This document shows, in pieces, positions 1-8,195 of a stretch of DNA of 64,000 bases. Within the stretch, counting starts at the first letter, position 1; every line of letters starts with the position of its first letter. Where the stretch lies: assembly GCA_937863565.1 (NCBI GenBank), contig CALMGJ010000013.1:1-64000 (forward strand), read 5' to 3'. The DNA comes from an uncultured bacterium (GTDB taxonomy: Bacteria; AUK180). A model generated the notes under the pieces. The model was not told the origin of the DNA and did no database searches. It saw nothing but the letters and a program-made list of their open reading frames with translations. Both the position numbers and the translations under genes were made by a program.

Positions 1-1093
1 TCTCAGCGGAAGAGCTCGAGATCCTAAACGATGATTCCTTCATATTGCCGATGATCGTTTTCAGTTTATTGAAGTTGGAATTGAGAGCGCTCCCGAGATC
101 GCCTTTTTTAATATGTTCTGCAACACCGAATGTCAGATTCCCCCTCTCCTGCTCTTTCATCAGAGCGGAGAACGATATCAGACGTTCGATCATCATCTTG
201 AAACTGCCCGAAAGCGTGCCCTTAGTGTCCAATTTCTTATAATTAACGCTTTTAAAATCATCCCTTGCAATGCTCTCTGCAATGGTCGAAATATAAAGCA
301 GCTGATCTTTCATCTTGGAGAAGGCGGCGCCGAAATCGCCCTTGAAATCCTGTGAAAGGACATCACTGGTCAGTTGATCCGCAGCAATGGCGTTCGCCTG
401 TTCCTTGGCCGTATTCAATCCTCTCAGCATTTCATTGAAGCTCTCGGAAAGGTATCCGAACTCATCCTTTTCTTCTATGTGTAGGCTGACGCCGAGATCG
501 CCTTCGCTCACCTGGAACATCGCTTCCCTCACTTTCCTCACTTTCTTCAGGGCATTTTCTGCAAGAAGTCCCGAGACCATGCCTACATAGATGATGAAGA
601 TGCTCTTCAGGATCTCAAGATAGAGATTGATCTCCAGACCGGGATGCTGGCGCATATAAACCAGTACCATTACCATATAGATGACCGCGGAAAAGATGCT
701 GACATACATGCTCATCATAAAACCGAGGTCCATTGCATTATGGATGATGCCGAGGAAATATACGATGACGAAAGGACTGGAATTACCTCCCGTATAGTTC
801 ATTATCAGAGTAGCGCCTACCGCATCAGTAAGTGGAAAGATAAATTTATACCATCTCTTAAATTTCTTGAAAACGCCTATCGAAAGCTGAATGAAAATGT
901 TCTGGGCGATCTCAATCCCGGGGAGAATGATGAAGATATACCATGGCACATTGAAGAAATGGAATACCCATGTCCCAAGGCCGAGTAGGACGAGACCCAT
1001 CGCGACGAACATATAGCGATCTTTAACACCGAACAATGCCAGAGCTTTTTCTTTTTCCAGAAGTTCGTTCTCGAATTGCGAGCGGTATGACAT
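1..1093 (-). CDS. Membrane-anchored multi-HAMP signal transducer, probably a methyl-accepting chemotaxis protein; 3' end runs off the window
   Basis: Not in the ORF track; translated by hand from ATG at 1093 (MSYRSQFENELLEKEKALALFG...). About 5 TM helices including YTGGNSSPF, then a HAMP (VSEGDLGVSLHIEEKDEFGYLSESFNEML), further HAMP-like repeats, and ...ISSSSAE at the edge. Purine-rich RBS upstream. Confidence 0.75.
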   Translation of the reverse strand, partial: MSYRSQFENELLEKEKALALFGVKDRYMFVAMGLVLLGLGTWVFHFFNVPWYIFIILPGIEIAQNIFIQLSIGVFKKFKRWYKFIFPLTDAVGATLIMNYTGGNSSPFVIVYFLGIIHNAMDLGFMMSMYVSIFSAVIYMVMVLVYMRQHPGLEINLYLEILKSIFIIYVGMVSGLLAENALKKVRKVREAMFQVSEGDLGVSLHIEEKDEFGYLSESFNEMLRGLNTAKEQANAIAADQLTSDVLSQDFKGDFGAAFSKMKDQLLYISTIAESIARDDFKSVNYKKLDTKGTLSGSFKMMIERLISFSALMKEQERGNLTFGVAEHIKKGDLGSALNSNFNKLKTIIGNMKESSFRISSSSAE

Positions 1094-1137
1094 ATCAGCC
1101 CCCTGATCTTTCATTTTATGTATTTATTCTACAGTTT

Positions 1138-2043
1138 TTATTCTGATAATTCAAGCATTTTCTGAAGAGGGATGCGCGCGGATATCATCACATCTTCGGG
1201 AAGCTCGATGCCGTATTTATTCTCAAGAAGCGAAAGATACACATCCTTAAGCCCGATCTTCTTCATATTGCGGCATATGATGCGTGGTTGAAGCGGGTAG
1301 AATTCCTTTCCCGGGTTTTCATTCCTGAGGCGGTAGATAAGCCCCTCTTCGGTCCCTATGATAAATTCCTTCACGTCAGAATTTTTAACGAATTTCAGCA
1401 TTTCCCCGGTTCCCATAAGATGATCGGAAAGAGCGCTCACTTCTTCATTGGCTTCCGGATGCGTCAATATAAGGGCTGACGGATGGGCTTTTCTTATTTT
1501 AAGAAGCTCATCCTTTTCAAGGTCCTCATGAACATAACAATAACCTTCACTCAGAATGATCCTCTTCTTCGGGCATTTCTTCTGTATAAAACGTCCGAGG
1601 TTCTTATCGGGCAGGAAAATGATATCCTTTGAGGGCAGTTTAGAAGCGATCTTCACAGCATTGGCGGATGTGCATATAACATCGGTCAGCGCTTTTGTTC
1701 TTGCGTTCGTGTTGACATAGGCCATCACGGAAGCTTCCGGATACTTTTTTCTGAGCCTCGCGATCTCCTCTTCCCGGGCCATATCCGCCATGGGGCATCT
1801 TGCCTCCCTGACGGGATGTAGGACCGTTTTCATGGGGGCCAGGATCTTGGCGGTCTCTGCCATGAATGAGACTCCGCAAAATACTATCACTGAAGCGGAT
1901 ATTGAGGCTGCTTTCAGGGAAAGGTCATAGGAATCACCCAGATGGTCCGCAATATCCTGGACTTCAGGGCTTTGATAATTATGTACGAGGATGACCGCAT
2001 CACGTTCTTTCTTGAGCTTTTTTATCTCTTCCTTATACTGCAT
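1138..2043 (-). CDS. nadA: Quinolinate synthase
   Basis: Motifs HNYQ..EVQDIAD..GDS, FCGVSFMAETAKIL, CPMADM, YVNT, CTSANA, CYVHE, HPE, C..MK. Confidence 0.97.
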   Translation of the reverse strand: MQYKEEIKKLKKERDAVILVHNYQSPEVQDIADHLGDSYDLSLKAASISASVIVFCGVSFMAETAKILAPMKTVLHPVREARCPMADMAREEEIARLRKKYPEASVMAYVNTNARTKALTDVICTSANAVKIASKLPSKDIIFLPDKNLGRFIQKKCPKKRIILSEGYCYVHEDLEKDELLKIRKAHPSALILTHPEANEEVSALSDHLMGTGEMLKFVKNSDVKEFIIGTEEGLIYRLRNENPGKEFYPLQPRIICRNMKKIGLKDVYLSLLENKYGIELPEDVMISARIPLQKMLELSE

Positions 2044-2048
2044 GCTAC

Positions 2049-2077
2049 ATTAAAAGAAAAAAGACGGAAAAAGTCAA
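2049..2077 (-). promoter_or_regulatory. Sigma70-type promoter for nadA (TTGACT-17-TTTAAT), 5 nt upstream of the ATG
   Basis: Hexamers read at 2077-2072 and 2054-2049; no SD sequence. Confidence 0.55.
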
Positions 2078-2082
2078 ATGGA

Positions 2083-2111
2083 TTGCATATTTTCGGCAAA
2101 TGGATTATAAT
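2083..2111 (+). promoter_or_regulatory. Sigma70-type promoter for the flippase (TTGCAT-17-TATAAT), 6 nt upstream of ATG 2118
   Basis: Hexamers at 2083-2088 and 2106-2111. Confidence 0.6.
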
Positions 2112-2117
2112 CCAGTC

Positions 2118-3587
2118 ATGAATGAACGGCATGAAATGAAGTATATAGCGAAAAACAGCGGGATCAATATTTTTTTCGGGATACTCAATAAACTGCTTAC
2201 TTTCATTTGGGTGATCCTTTTTACGCGGCTTTTCAGCGAATCGGATGTAGGCCTGTTCTACTGGGCATTCGCGGTCATCTCTATCGTATCATCGATCTCG
2301 CTCTTCGGTTTGGATAAAGGTATTCTGAAATTGAATTCCGTTTTTTCCGCCGGGAAATATTTCGGAAAGTCCAGGAAGCTTCTCATCGATTCCGTGGAGA
2401 TATCTTCTGTCTTGCCCGTTATTTTCATTATCTTCTCCGCAGTTTTCCTGAGAAAGAAGGAACCCCTTCTTTTCCTTTTTTCCTTTTACCTTCTTCCCGT
2501 ATCGGCTCTCCGGATGCTCCAGAGTTATATCTGGTCGCTCGGGGATATGCTGTTCTATAATGTCTCTCTGATCGCAGAGACCGCCATTCATTTCCTTGTG
2601 GTTCTGGCCCTTGTCTTCAAATGCGGGGTCTGGCTCGCCGTAGCAGTGTACATCTTCTCCGCAAGCGCCTGTGCGCTTATCAGCCTAGCCCTTATCTGGA
2701 AAAGGAATCCCGAGATCTTCACTGCAAAGAACGAGGAGTACGGCAGAAAAGACCTTCTCAGCGTCTCTATCCCTCTTTTCTTTTCAGCAATAATATTCAT
2801 GACCCTGACAAATGTCGATACATTTATGATCGGACTTCTCAAACCGGATGAACTGGAGCAGGTCGCCTATTACCGTATCGCTGTCAGGGCTGCATTTTTC
2901 ATCCTGCTTCCTTCGCAGATGGTGCTGCGGGCCATTGCACCGACCGTGGCAAGAAAGGATCTGAAAGAGGACCCGGGGCATGGGACATACGATTCCTCTC
3001 AGATACTCATAGTATACCTTTCTGCACCCGTATTTTTCGTTTTTGCCGCATTTCCGGAAGCCGTTGCAGCGCTTTTCGGCAAGAATTATGCCGTCTTTTC
3101 CAAAGATATAATCTCGATCCTTGCCGCCGGGCTGGTATTGAATGTTCTTCTCGGGGCCTCCGCTCAGATCTTATCGTACGGGGAAAAACAGCGGTTGTAT
3201 CTTTATATCACAATGTTCATTTTATTTCTGAACATCATCTTGAATTATTTCCTCATCAGAGCTTACGGAGCTTCGGGCGCGGCCGTGGCGACTGCCATAA
3301 GTTACACACTCGGGACCGTGGTCTGCTCATTTTCCGTGCACAGATCATATAGAATAATCCCAATGAAACCGAGGGCCCTCATCGATCTTACCGTTCTTTT
3401 CGCATTAGGAATTGGAACGAGGGCTTTGTTCGCGGGGAACGGCTATCTGCCTTTACTTCTGGGCTCAGTTCTCTTCTGTATCGCCGAGATCCTCTATATC
3501 TTTCTTTTTAAAAAGGACAGCGCCGAACATTTCGTATTAATAAAAACTTTTAATTTCCTTTTTCGCCCCGGGAAGATCAATAAATAA
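2118..3587 (+). CDS. Wzx/MOP-family oligosaccharide flippase (polysaccharide biosynthesis protein)
   Basis: 12-14 TM helices; N-terminal IAKNSGINIF; C-terminal LNIILNYFLIRAYGASGAAVATAISY. Start placed at ATG 2118 (ORF track begins at 2100). Confidence 0.85.
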   Translation: MNERHEMKYIAKNSGINIFFGILNKLLTFIWVILFTRLFSESDVGLFYWAFAVISIVSSISLFGLDKGILKLNSVFSAGKYFGKSRKLLIDSVEISSVLPVIFIIFSAVFLRKKEPLLFLFSFYLLPVSALRMLQSYIWSLGDMLFYNVSLIAETAIHFLVVLALVFKCGVWLAVAVYIFSASACALISLALIWKRNPEIFTAKNEEYGRKDLLSVSIPLFFSAIIFMTLTNVDTFMIGLLKPDELEQVAYYRIAVRAAFFILLPSQMVLRAIAPTVARKDLKEDPGHGTYDSSQILIVYLSAPVFFVFAAFPEAVAALFGKNYAVFSKDIISILAAGLVLNVLLGASAQILSYGEKQRLYLYITMFILFLNIILNYFLIRAYGASGAAVATAISYTLGTVVCSFSVHRSYRIIPMKPRALIDLTVLFALGIGTRALFAGNGYLPLLLGSVLFCIAEILYIFLFKKDSAEHFVLIKTFNFLFRPGKINK

Positions 3588-3648
3588 GACCGGTGTAAAT
3601 TCAGCGATATTAAATACGGGATACCCGTCGAGCGGCAGTTCTCATTTA

Positions 3649-3856
3649 CTTTCAAGATACATTTGTATGAAAACGAAAGCTTCACTTTCGCGGACCGGAT
3701 ACGCGCGTTCAGCGATTACGGGCTGTCTTTTTCCTTCTTTCAAGATACATTTGTATGAAAACGAAAGCTTCACTTTCGCGGACCGGATACGCGCGTTCAG
3801 CGATTACGGGCTGTCTTTTTCCTTCTTTCAAGATACATTTGTATGAAAACGAAAGC
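3649..3856. repeat. Exact tandem duplication, 88-bp period, about 2.4 copies
   Basis: CTTTCAAGATACATTTGTATGAAAACGAAAGC starts at 3649, 3737 and 3825; the two intervening 56-bp segments are identical. Confidence 0.95.
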
Positions 3857-5002
3857 ATTGACTATCATCATCGGCTCCAAGGGGAACCTGTATCTTGTTT
3901 TACCTGCAACGACCGAATAGATCCCTAAAAAGTATAAGAAAGCCAAGTGAAGAATTAGAAGTTCAGGTTTGCGGCAAATGAACAAGGAAAGGACCAAAGC
4001 AATAAAAAGAGGAAGATAGAATACGAAAAAAACGGCTCTTGAAAGCTCTTCCTTAAGGCCGGAATTCACGCTGAGATCCCTGTTCGGCGCAGGTTTCAGG
4101 AATTGCCAGGCCCTGCCCAGGCACAATGCTATGAAACGGCCGGGATTATTGATTATAAATTCCTTCCCGAGGTTCAGGTAGTAATCCGATCTTCCGGTCT
4201 CGGAAAGTCCTTTATACGCCTCGAGATCAAAATTATCCGGGGCCCGGTATCCTTTTCCGGGCGAAGAACCTTTATGATTCTCCCAATACAGCGTAATACC
4301 CCCCTCAGTTGACATCGGCACGAATCTTTTAAGGACTATCGTGTTCCTTATGGACCACGGCGCGAGAACTGCGAAAAAAACTGAGAGAAAGACCAGGGTT
4401 CCCTTTACGGGCTTTTTCATAATAAGTGCTTCGACGGCGATGACCCCGGGAAACAGCAGCATCATGCTCTTTACATAACAGGACAACGCGAAAAAAACAG
4501 CTGATACCGCACTATTAGATACATAGCTGCCCTGTTCGCGCTTTATAAGAAAAAAGAATCCCGCGGTGAAAAGCGCCGTGAAAAGCATTTCCGTAATGAG
4601 CGTCGAAGGATAATAAACCAAAGGAGGATATAAAACGGAAAAAAGCGCGGCCGGAAGCGCCAACTTTCCTCCTGTAAGCCTTTTTACGCTTAGAAAAACA
4701 AAGAACGAACAAAGAAGGCTCAGAAGGATCTGAAGAAAGATGAACTGTCCCTTTCGGAATGTTCCGTTCTTGATAAAAAGCGATAGCAAAAGCGGGAATA
4801 AAGGCGGACGGAAAGATCTTACTTCAAGGCCGTCCTTGTCTATTGCCGAATAAGTGCCTGTGTTGCTTATGTGTTCTGCGAACGACATGTACAAGGATGT
4901 GTCATTGTAAGTGATCCCTTTGGTCATGAAGGCATATCCCGCCCTTATGACCGATCCCAAGATAAGAATTGCAATAAAATATCTGAACTCCCTGTTCTTC
5001 AT
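3797..5002 (-). CDS. GT-C fold membrane glycosyltransferase (ArnT/PMT, GT39/83-like)
   Basis: Polytopic membrane protein; ND..Y...A, FRPPLFP, L.TE.LF, APW.IRN, RYRFPLEP motifs. Confidence 0.8.
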   Translation of the reverse strand: MKNREFRYFIAILILGSVIRAGYAFMTKGITYNDTSLYMSFAEHISNTGTYSAIDKDGLEVRSFRPPLFPLLLSLFIKNGTFRKGQFIFLQILLSLLCSFFVFLSVKRLTGGKLALPAALFSVLYPPLVYYPSTLITEMLFTALFTAGFFFLIKREQGSYVSNSAVSAVFFALSCYVKSMMLLFPGVIAVEALIMKKPVKGTLVFLSVFFAVLAPWSIRNTIVLKRFVPMSTEGGITLYWENHKGSSPGKGYRAPDNFDLEAYKGLSETGRSDYYLNLGKEFIINNPGRFIALCLGRAWQFLKPAPNRDLSVNSGLKEELSRAVFFVFYLPLFIALVLSLFICRKPELLILHLAFLYFLGIYSVVAGKTRYRFPLEPMMIVNAFVFIQMYLERRKKTARNR

Positions 5003-5087
5003 TCGCGCGTAAGCCCCTTTTTACTTTTTATTGCCGGCGATCCTGGCTAAGGGTATCTTCAGATCATCCGGAGGTGCGGCGGGATTC

Positions 5088-5561
5088 TCAGAAGCGGTAT
5101 CTTATTCCGCAACCGCCGAACCAGGTTATCTCGAAAACAGGTACGAAGTATATTCCGGGACCCGTTTCGATGAAGATCTCGAACGGAGAATTCTCGAAGA
5201 AATACGACCAGCCCACCTTCGCTCTTGCGCCGAGATAGATATCCGTTTTCGTAACTACTCTCCAATATGGATCGTAATCCCAGGTCTCGTATGACCACAT
5301 TCCCACTACTATGCCCGGGCCGTAGAACATCATCAGAGGGAGTCCTTCGATTTTATTGAAAGGGGTCTTTATGACATAATCGCAGAACACCTCCAAAAAT
5401 GACCAGTTGGACCCCAGAGTGAGGTCCAGAGCGTTCTTCTCGCTGAGATCCAGTCTTAATGTCAAAGCGCTGGGATAGCCCCCGACGATACCTGCGGATA
5501 CGTTCCCGCTGGAAGCGAGCACGGCAAGCGAAAGTAGAACGAACAGAACCATTCTTTTCAT
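5088..5561 (-). CDS. Small outer-membrane beta-barrel protein (DUF3996-like)
   Basis: Signal peptide; G..GYPSALT start, alternating aromatic strands, C-terminal GIRYRF; GGAGG RBS. Confidence 0.65.
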   Translation of the reverse strand: MKRMVLFVLLSLAVLASSGNVSAGIVGGYPSALTLRLDLSEKNALDLTLGSNWSFLEVFCDYVIKTPFNKIEGLPLMMFYGPGIVVGMWSYETWDYDPYWRVVTKTDIYLGARAKVGWSYFFENSPFEIFIETGPGIYFVPVFEITWFGGCGIRYRF

Positions 5562-5578
5562 CCGTTACCTCCTATTTA

Positions 5579-6742
5579 TTATTTTTTTTTTATAATGAGT
5601 CCTACAAGGATCTTGGCGGCCTTTTCCTTCGTGATCCCCTCAAGGTGAACGGTCCTCTTCCCGTAGGAGATGAATCCTTTCACGGGAAGATCACCGAAAC
5701 CCGATCTTTCCGAGATCAGATTGGCAAAAAGGATATCCACGGGTTTATTCGAGAATTTTCTTTTCAGAGCATTGATGTTCAATTCGGTCTCTGCGGCGAA
5801 ACCGACAATGAACGGGCGCTTCTTTCTTCCCGAGACCCATTCGAGGATGTCCGGGCCCTTTTTAAGTTCAAGGGAACCGCCGAAGGAATCTTTTTTTATC
5901 TTTTTCGGATTGTAAGCAGGGATAAAATCCGCTATTGCAGCGGCCGATACGAAAATATCGCAACCGTGAATATGCTCTTTTACTGCAGATAAGAATTCCG
6001 CTGAACTCGAAGCTTTAATGATCTCAATCCCGCAAGGCAGATTCAATGCTGCAGAAGTGATCATTTTCACCAGGGCTCCTTTTCTGTAGAAAGAAAGTGC
6101 GATCTGTCCTGCTGTTTCTCCGCTTGAAGAATTCGAGATGTAGCGTACGGGATCTATGCGTTCCTTTGTCCCGCCGGCCGTTATCAGAACCGTCTTTCCG
6201 GCAAGTTCATTGCCGTATTCATGAGCATTTAACGTTTCGGTCTCGATCACTTCAATATTCTCCATTGCGCCGCGGCCTTTACGGTATGAGGCTAAAGCCG
6301 CAGTGCGGGGAGGTATCTGGATCACATTCATCCTTTTAAGCTTTTCCAGATTCTCCTGCAGGGCAGGATGTTCGTACATATTAGTGTTCATTGCCGGAGC
6401 AACAAGGACTGGGCCCTTAAAGGCGAAATAGATATCTGTAAGAAGATCTCCCGAAATACCATTGGCCATCTGACCTATGATATCCAGGGTAGCCGGAGCG
6501 ATAATGAGCACATCTCCCCATGAAGCGATCGCGATATGCACAGGCTGCGGAATGCCGGCAGGGAAACGTTCGCAGTACAGACCTCCTTTGGCGAAAGTAG
6601 CCGCCGACAGAGGCGTAATGAATTGGGCAGCATTGGAAGAAAGGACTGCCTTTACGGTATGTCCGCCCTGTTCGAATCTTCTTATGAGGTCAAGTGACCT
6701 GTACGCTGCGATCGACCCCGTTATTCCAAGTATTATCTTCAT
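5579..6742 (-). CDS. coaBC: Bifunctional phosphopantothenoylcysteine decarboxylase/synthase
   Basis: GITGSIAAY, APAMNTNMY, ITAGGTKERIDPVRYISN.SSG, AAAIADF, KIKK, GFAAET. Confidence 0.95.
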   Translation of the reverse strand: MKIILGITGSIAAYRSLDLIRRFEQGGHTVKAVLSSNAAQFITPLSAATFAKGGLYCERFPAGIPQPVHIAIASWGDVLIIAPATLDIIGQMANGISGDLLTDIYFAFKGPVLVAPAMNTNMYEHPALQENLEKLKRMNVIQIPPRTAALASYRKGRGAMENIEVIETETLNAHEYGNELAGKTVLITAGGTKERIDPVRYISNSSSGETAGQIALSFYRKGALVKMITSAALNLPCGIEIIKASSSAEFLSAVKEHIHGCDIFVSAAAIADFIPAYNPKKIKKDSFGGSLELKKGPDILEWVSGRKKRPFIVGFAAETELNINALKRKFSNKPVDILFANLISERSGFGDLPVKGFISYGKRTVHLEGITKEKAAKILVGLIIKKK

Positions 6743-7347
6743 TTAAGATATCCTTTTATGAATCTCTCATGCCGCTTTATCTTCATCTGCTCTGATCGTA
6801 TCAGTGTTTCCACGCAGGAAACGGCGTTCTTGATCTCGTCGTTTATAACGAGATAGTCATAATATTTAATGAGCTTTATTTCCTTTTCGGCGTTCTTAAG
6901 TCTCAATGCGATGGTCTTCTCGTCATCTGTCGCCCTTTCACGAAGCCTCTTCCTGAGCACTTTAAAGCTGGGAGGCAGAATGAATACGAAGACTGCGGAG
7001 GGGAACATTTTCTTAATATTGATACCGCCTTTGATATCTATGTCCAAAAGTATGATCTTACCTTTTAACATCATATCGTTCAGGTACTTTTTCGGGGTTC
7101 CGTAAAAGTTCGAATGCACCTTTTGCCACTCGATCAGCTCTCCCCTGTCGATCATGTTACCGAATTTCCTTTCGGAGACGAAGAAATAATCCCTTCCGTT
7201 CCGTTCGTTCCCCCGGGGTTTTCTGGTGGTGGCAGAAATGGAATAGCAGAAATCGGGGTGTTTTTTCAGGATCGCGTCCCTGATAGTCGTCTTCCCTGCC
7301 CCCGAAGGCGCAGTAAGTACGACAAGGAAACCCTTGCCTTTCATCAC
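6739..7347 (-). CDS. gmk: Guanylate kinase
   Basis: APSGAGKTT, SISATTRKPR..E..GRDYFF, YGTP, FILPPS. Confidence 0.97.
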   Translation of the reverse strand: MMKGKGFLVVLTAPSGAGKTTIRDAILKKHPDFCYSISATTRKPRGNERNGRDYFFVSERKFGNMIDRGELIEWQKVHSNFYGTPKKYLNDMMLKGKIILLDIDIKGGINIKKMFPSAVFVFILPPSFKVLRKRLRERATDDEKTIALRLKNAEKEIKLIKYYDYLVINDEIKNAVSCVETLIRSEQMKIKRHERFIKGYLK

Positions 7348-8195
7348 AGGATCCTGTCCACTTCCCTATGTCTGTTAGGGATGAGCACACGGCTGCGGCA
7401 TTCCATCAATTCCCCTGCTGCCGAACAAGCTGCATTAAGGGCGCTTTCGGTCTCGCTCAGAGTTCCCGTGAATCCTGCCGATATCAGCGTTGAGCCTGTT
7501 TTATAGATACCGGTCAATTCAGTTGCTCCTTTTTTCAGTCCAGCATCGACACCACGCATCAAAGCGGCGAAAGAACGCGTTTCAAAAAAACCGATGGCGG
7601 GGCCTGCTGAAGATCTCTGGCCGTGCCCCGTTCTGATCTCAAGGCGTTTTTCGTCAATATCCTGATGCGGATTGTCTATCACGAGATGCCGGTATTTATA
7701 TGGTTCGGGAACTCCGGCTTCTGAATGTTCCACAGCGGAGCGCACCGATGCCACATCCCCTCTAACGGTAAAACTCGTTATACCGCCGCCTATCGTTATC
7801 CATGTGCGTGCCGTGACGAAGCCGCTTTTTAACGCATCATCGGCAGCAACGGCCATAGGAACGAAACCTTTCGTTTCCACTATTCCCAGGGCAGCACTCG
7901 ATTCCGGATACTCGATCTTTTCCTTTTTAATGAACCCGTACAGGTCCGGATGAGGACCTTTAATGATCGATGCGGCGTGCAGTTCCGGCAATTTCTTAAG
8001 TTCGTCCAGATTGCGTTCATAAGCATAGATAAGTTCTGCAACAGGGCCCTGGAAAACGGTGATGGCATGGCCGCCGCCGAGCAGGATGAAATGGAAGAAC
8101 TCGACATCCGATGTCTTTGGTATCCTGTCCTGTGCATCGACAAGGCCGCACATCCCTTTCGTTTCAATAAGAAGCAGTGCGTTATTTCCTGTCAT
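7344..8195 (-). CDS. Bacterial microcompartment shell protein with three tandem BMC domains
   Basis: Three ~90-aa repeats: LLLIETKG...GGG...QGPV; ALGIVETKG...AAD.ALK...GGG...RGDVASVRSAV; AIGFFETRS...VD..LK...G.....ESALNAA. Each ends in an I..PH-like motif. Confidence 0.88.
   Translation of the reverse strand: MTGNNALLLIETKGMCGLVDAQDRIPKTSDVEFFHFILLGGGHAITVFQGPVAELIYAYERNLDELKKLPELHAASIIKGPHPDLYGFIKKEKIEYPESSAALGIVETKGFVPMAVAADDALKSGFVTARTWITIGGGITSFTVRGDVASVRSAVEHSEAGVPEPYKYRHLVIDNPHQDIDEKRLEIRTGHGQRSSAGPAIGFFETRSFAALMRGVDAGLKKGATELTGIYKTGSTLISAGFTGTLSETESALNAACSAAGELMECRSRVLIPNRHREVDRIL

Noticed and set aside
45-988. Short plus-strand ORFs at the left edge
   Set aside because: The region is occupied by the minus-strand HAMP/MCP-like gene, which the ORF track missed because it has no stop inside the window.
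3649-3856. CRISPR array (32-bp palindromic repeat, three copies)
   Set aside because: The two 'spacers' are identical and 56 bp long, the third repeat is coding sequence of the GT-C gene, and no cas genes are present. It is a tandem duplication.
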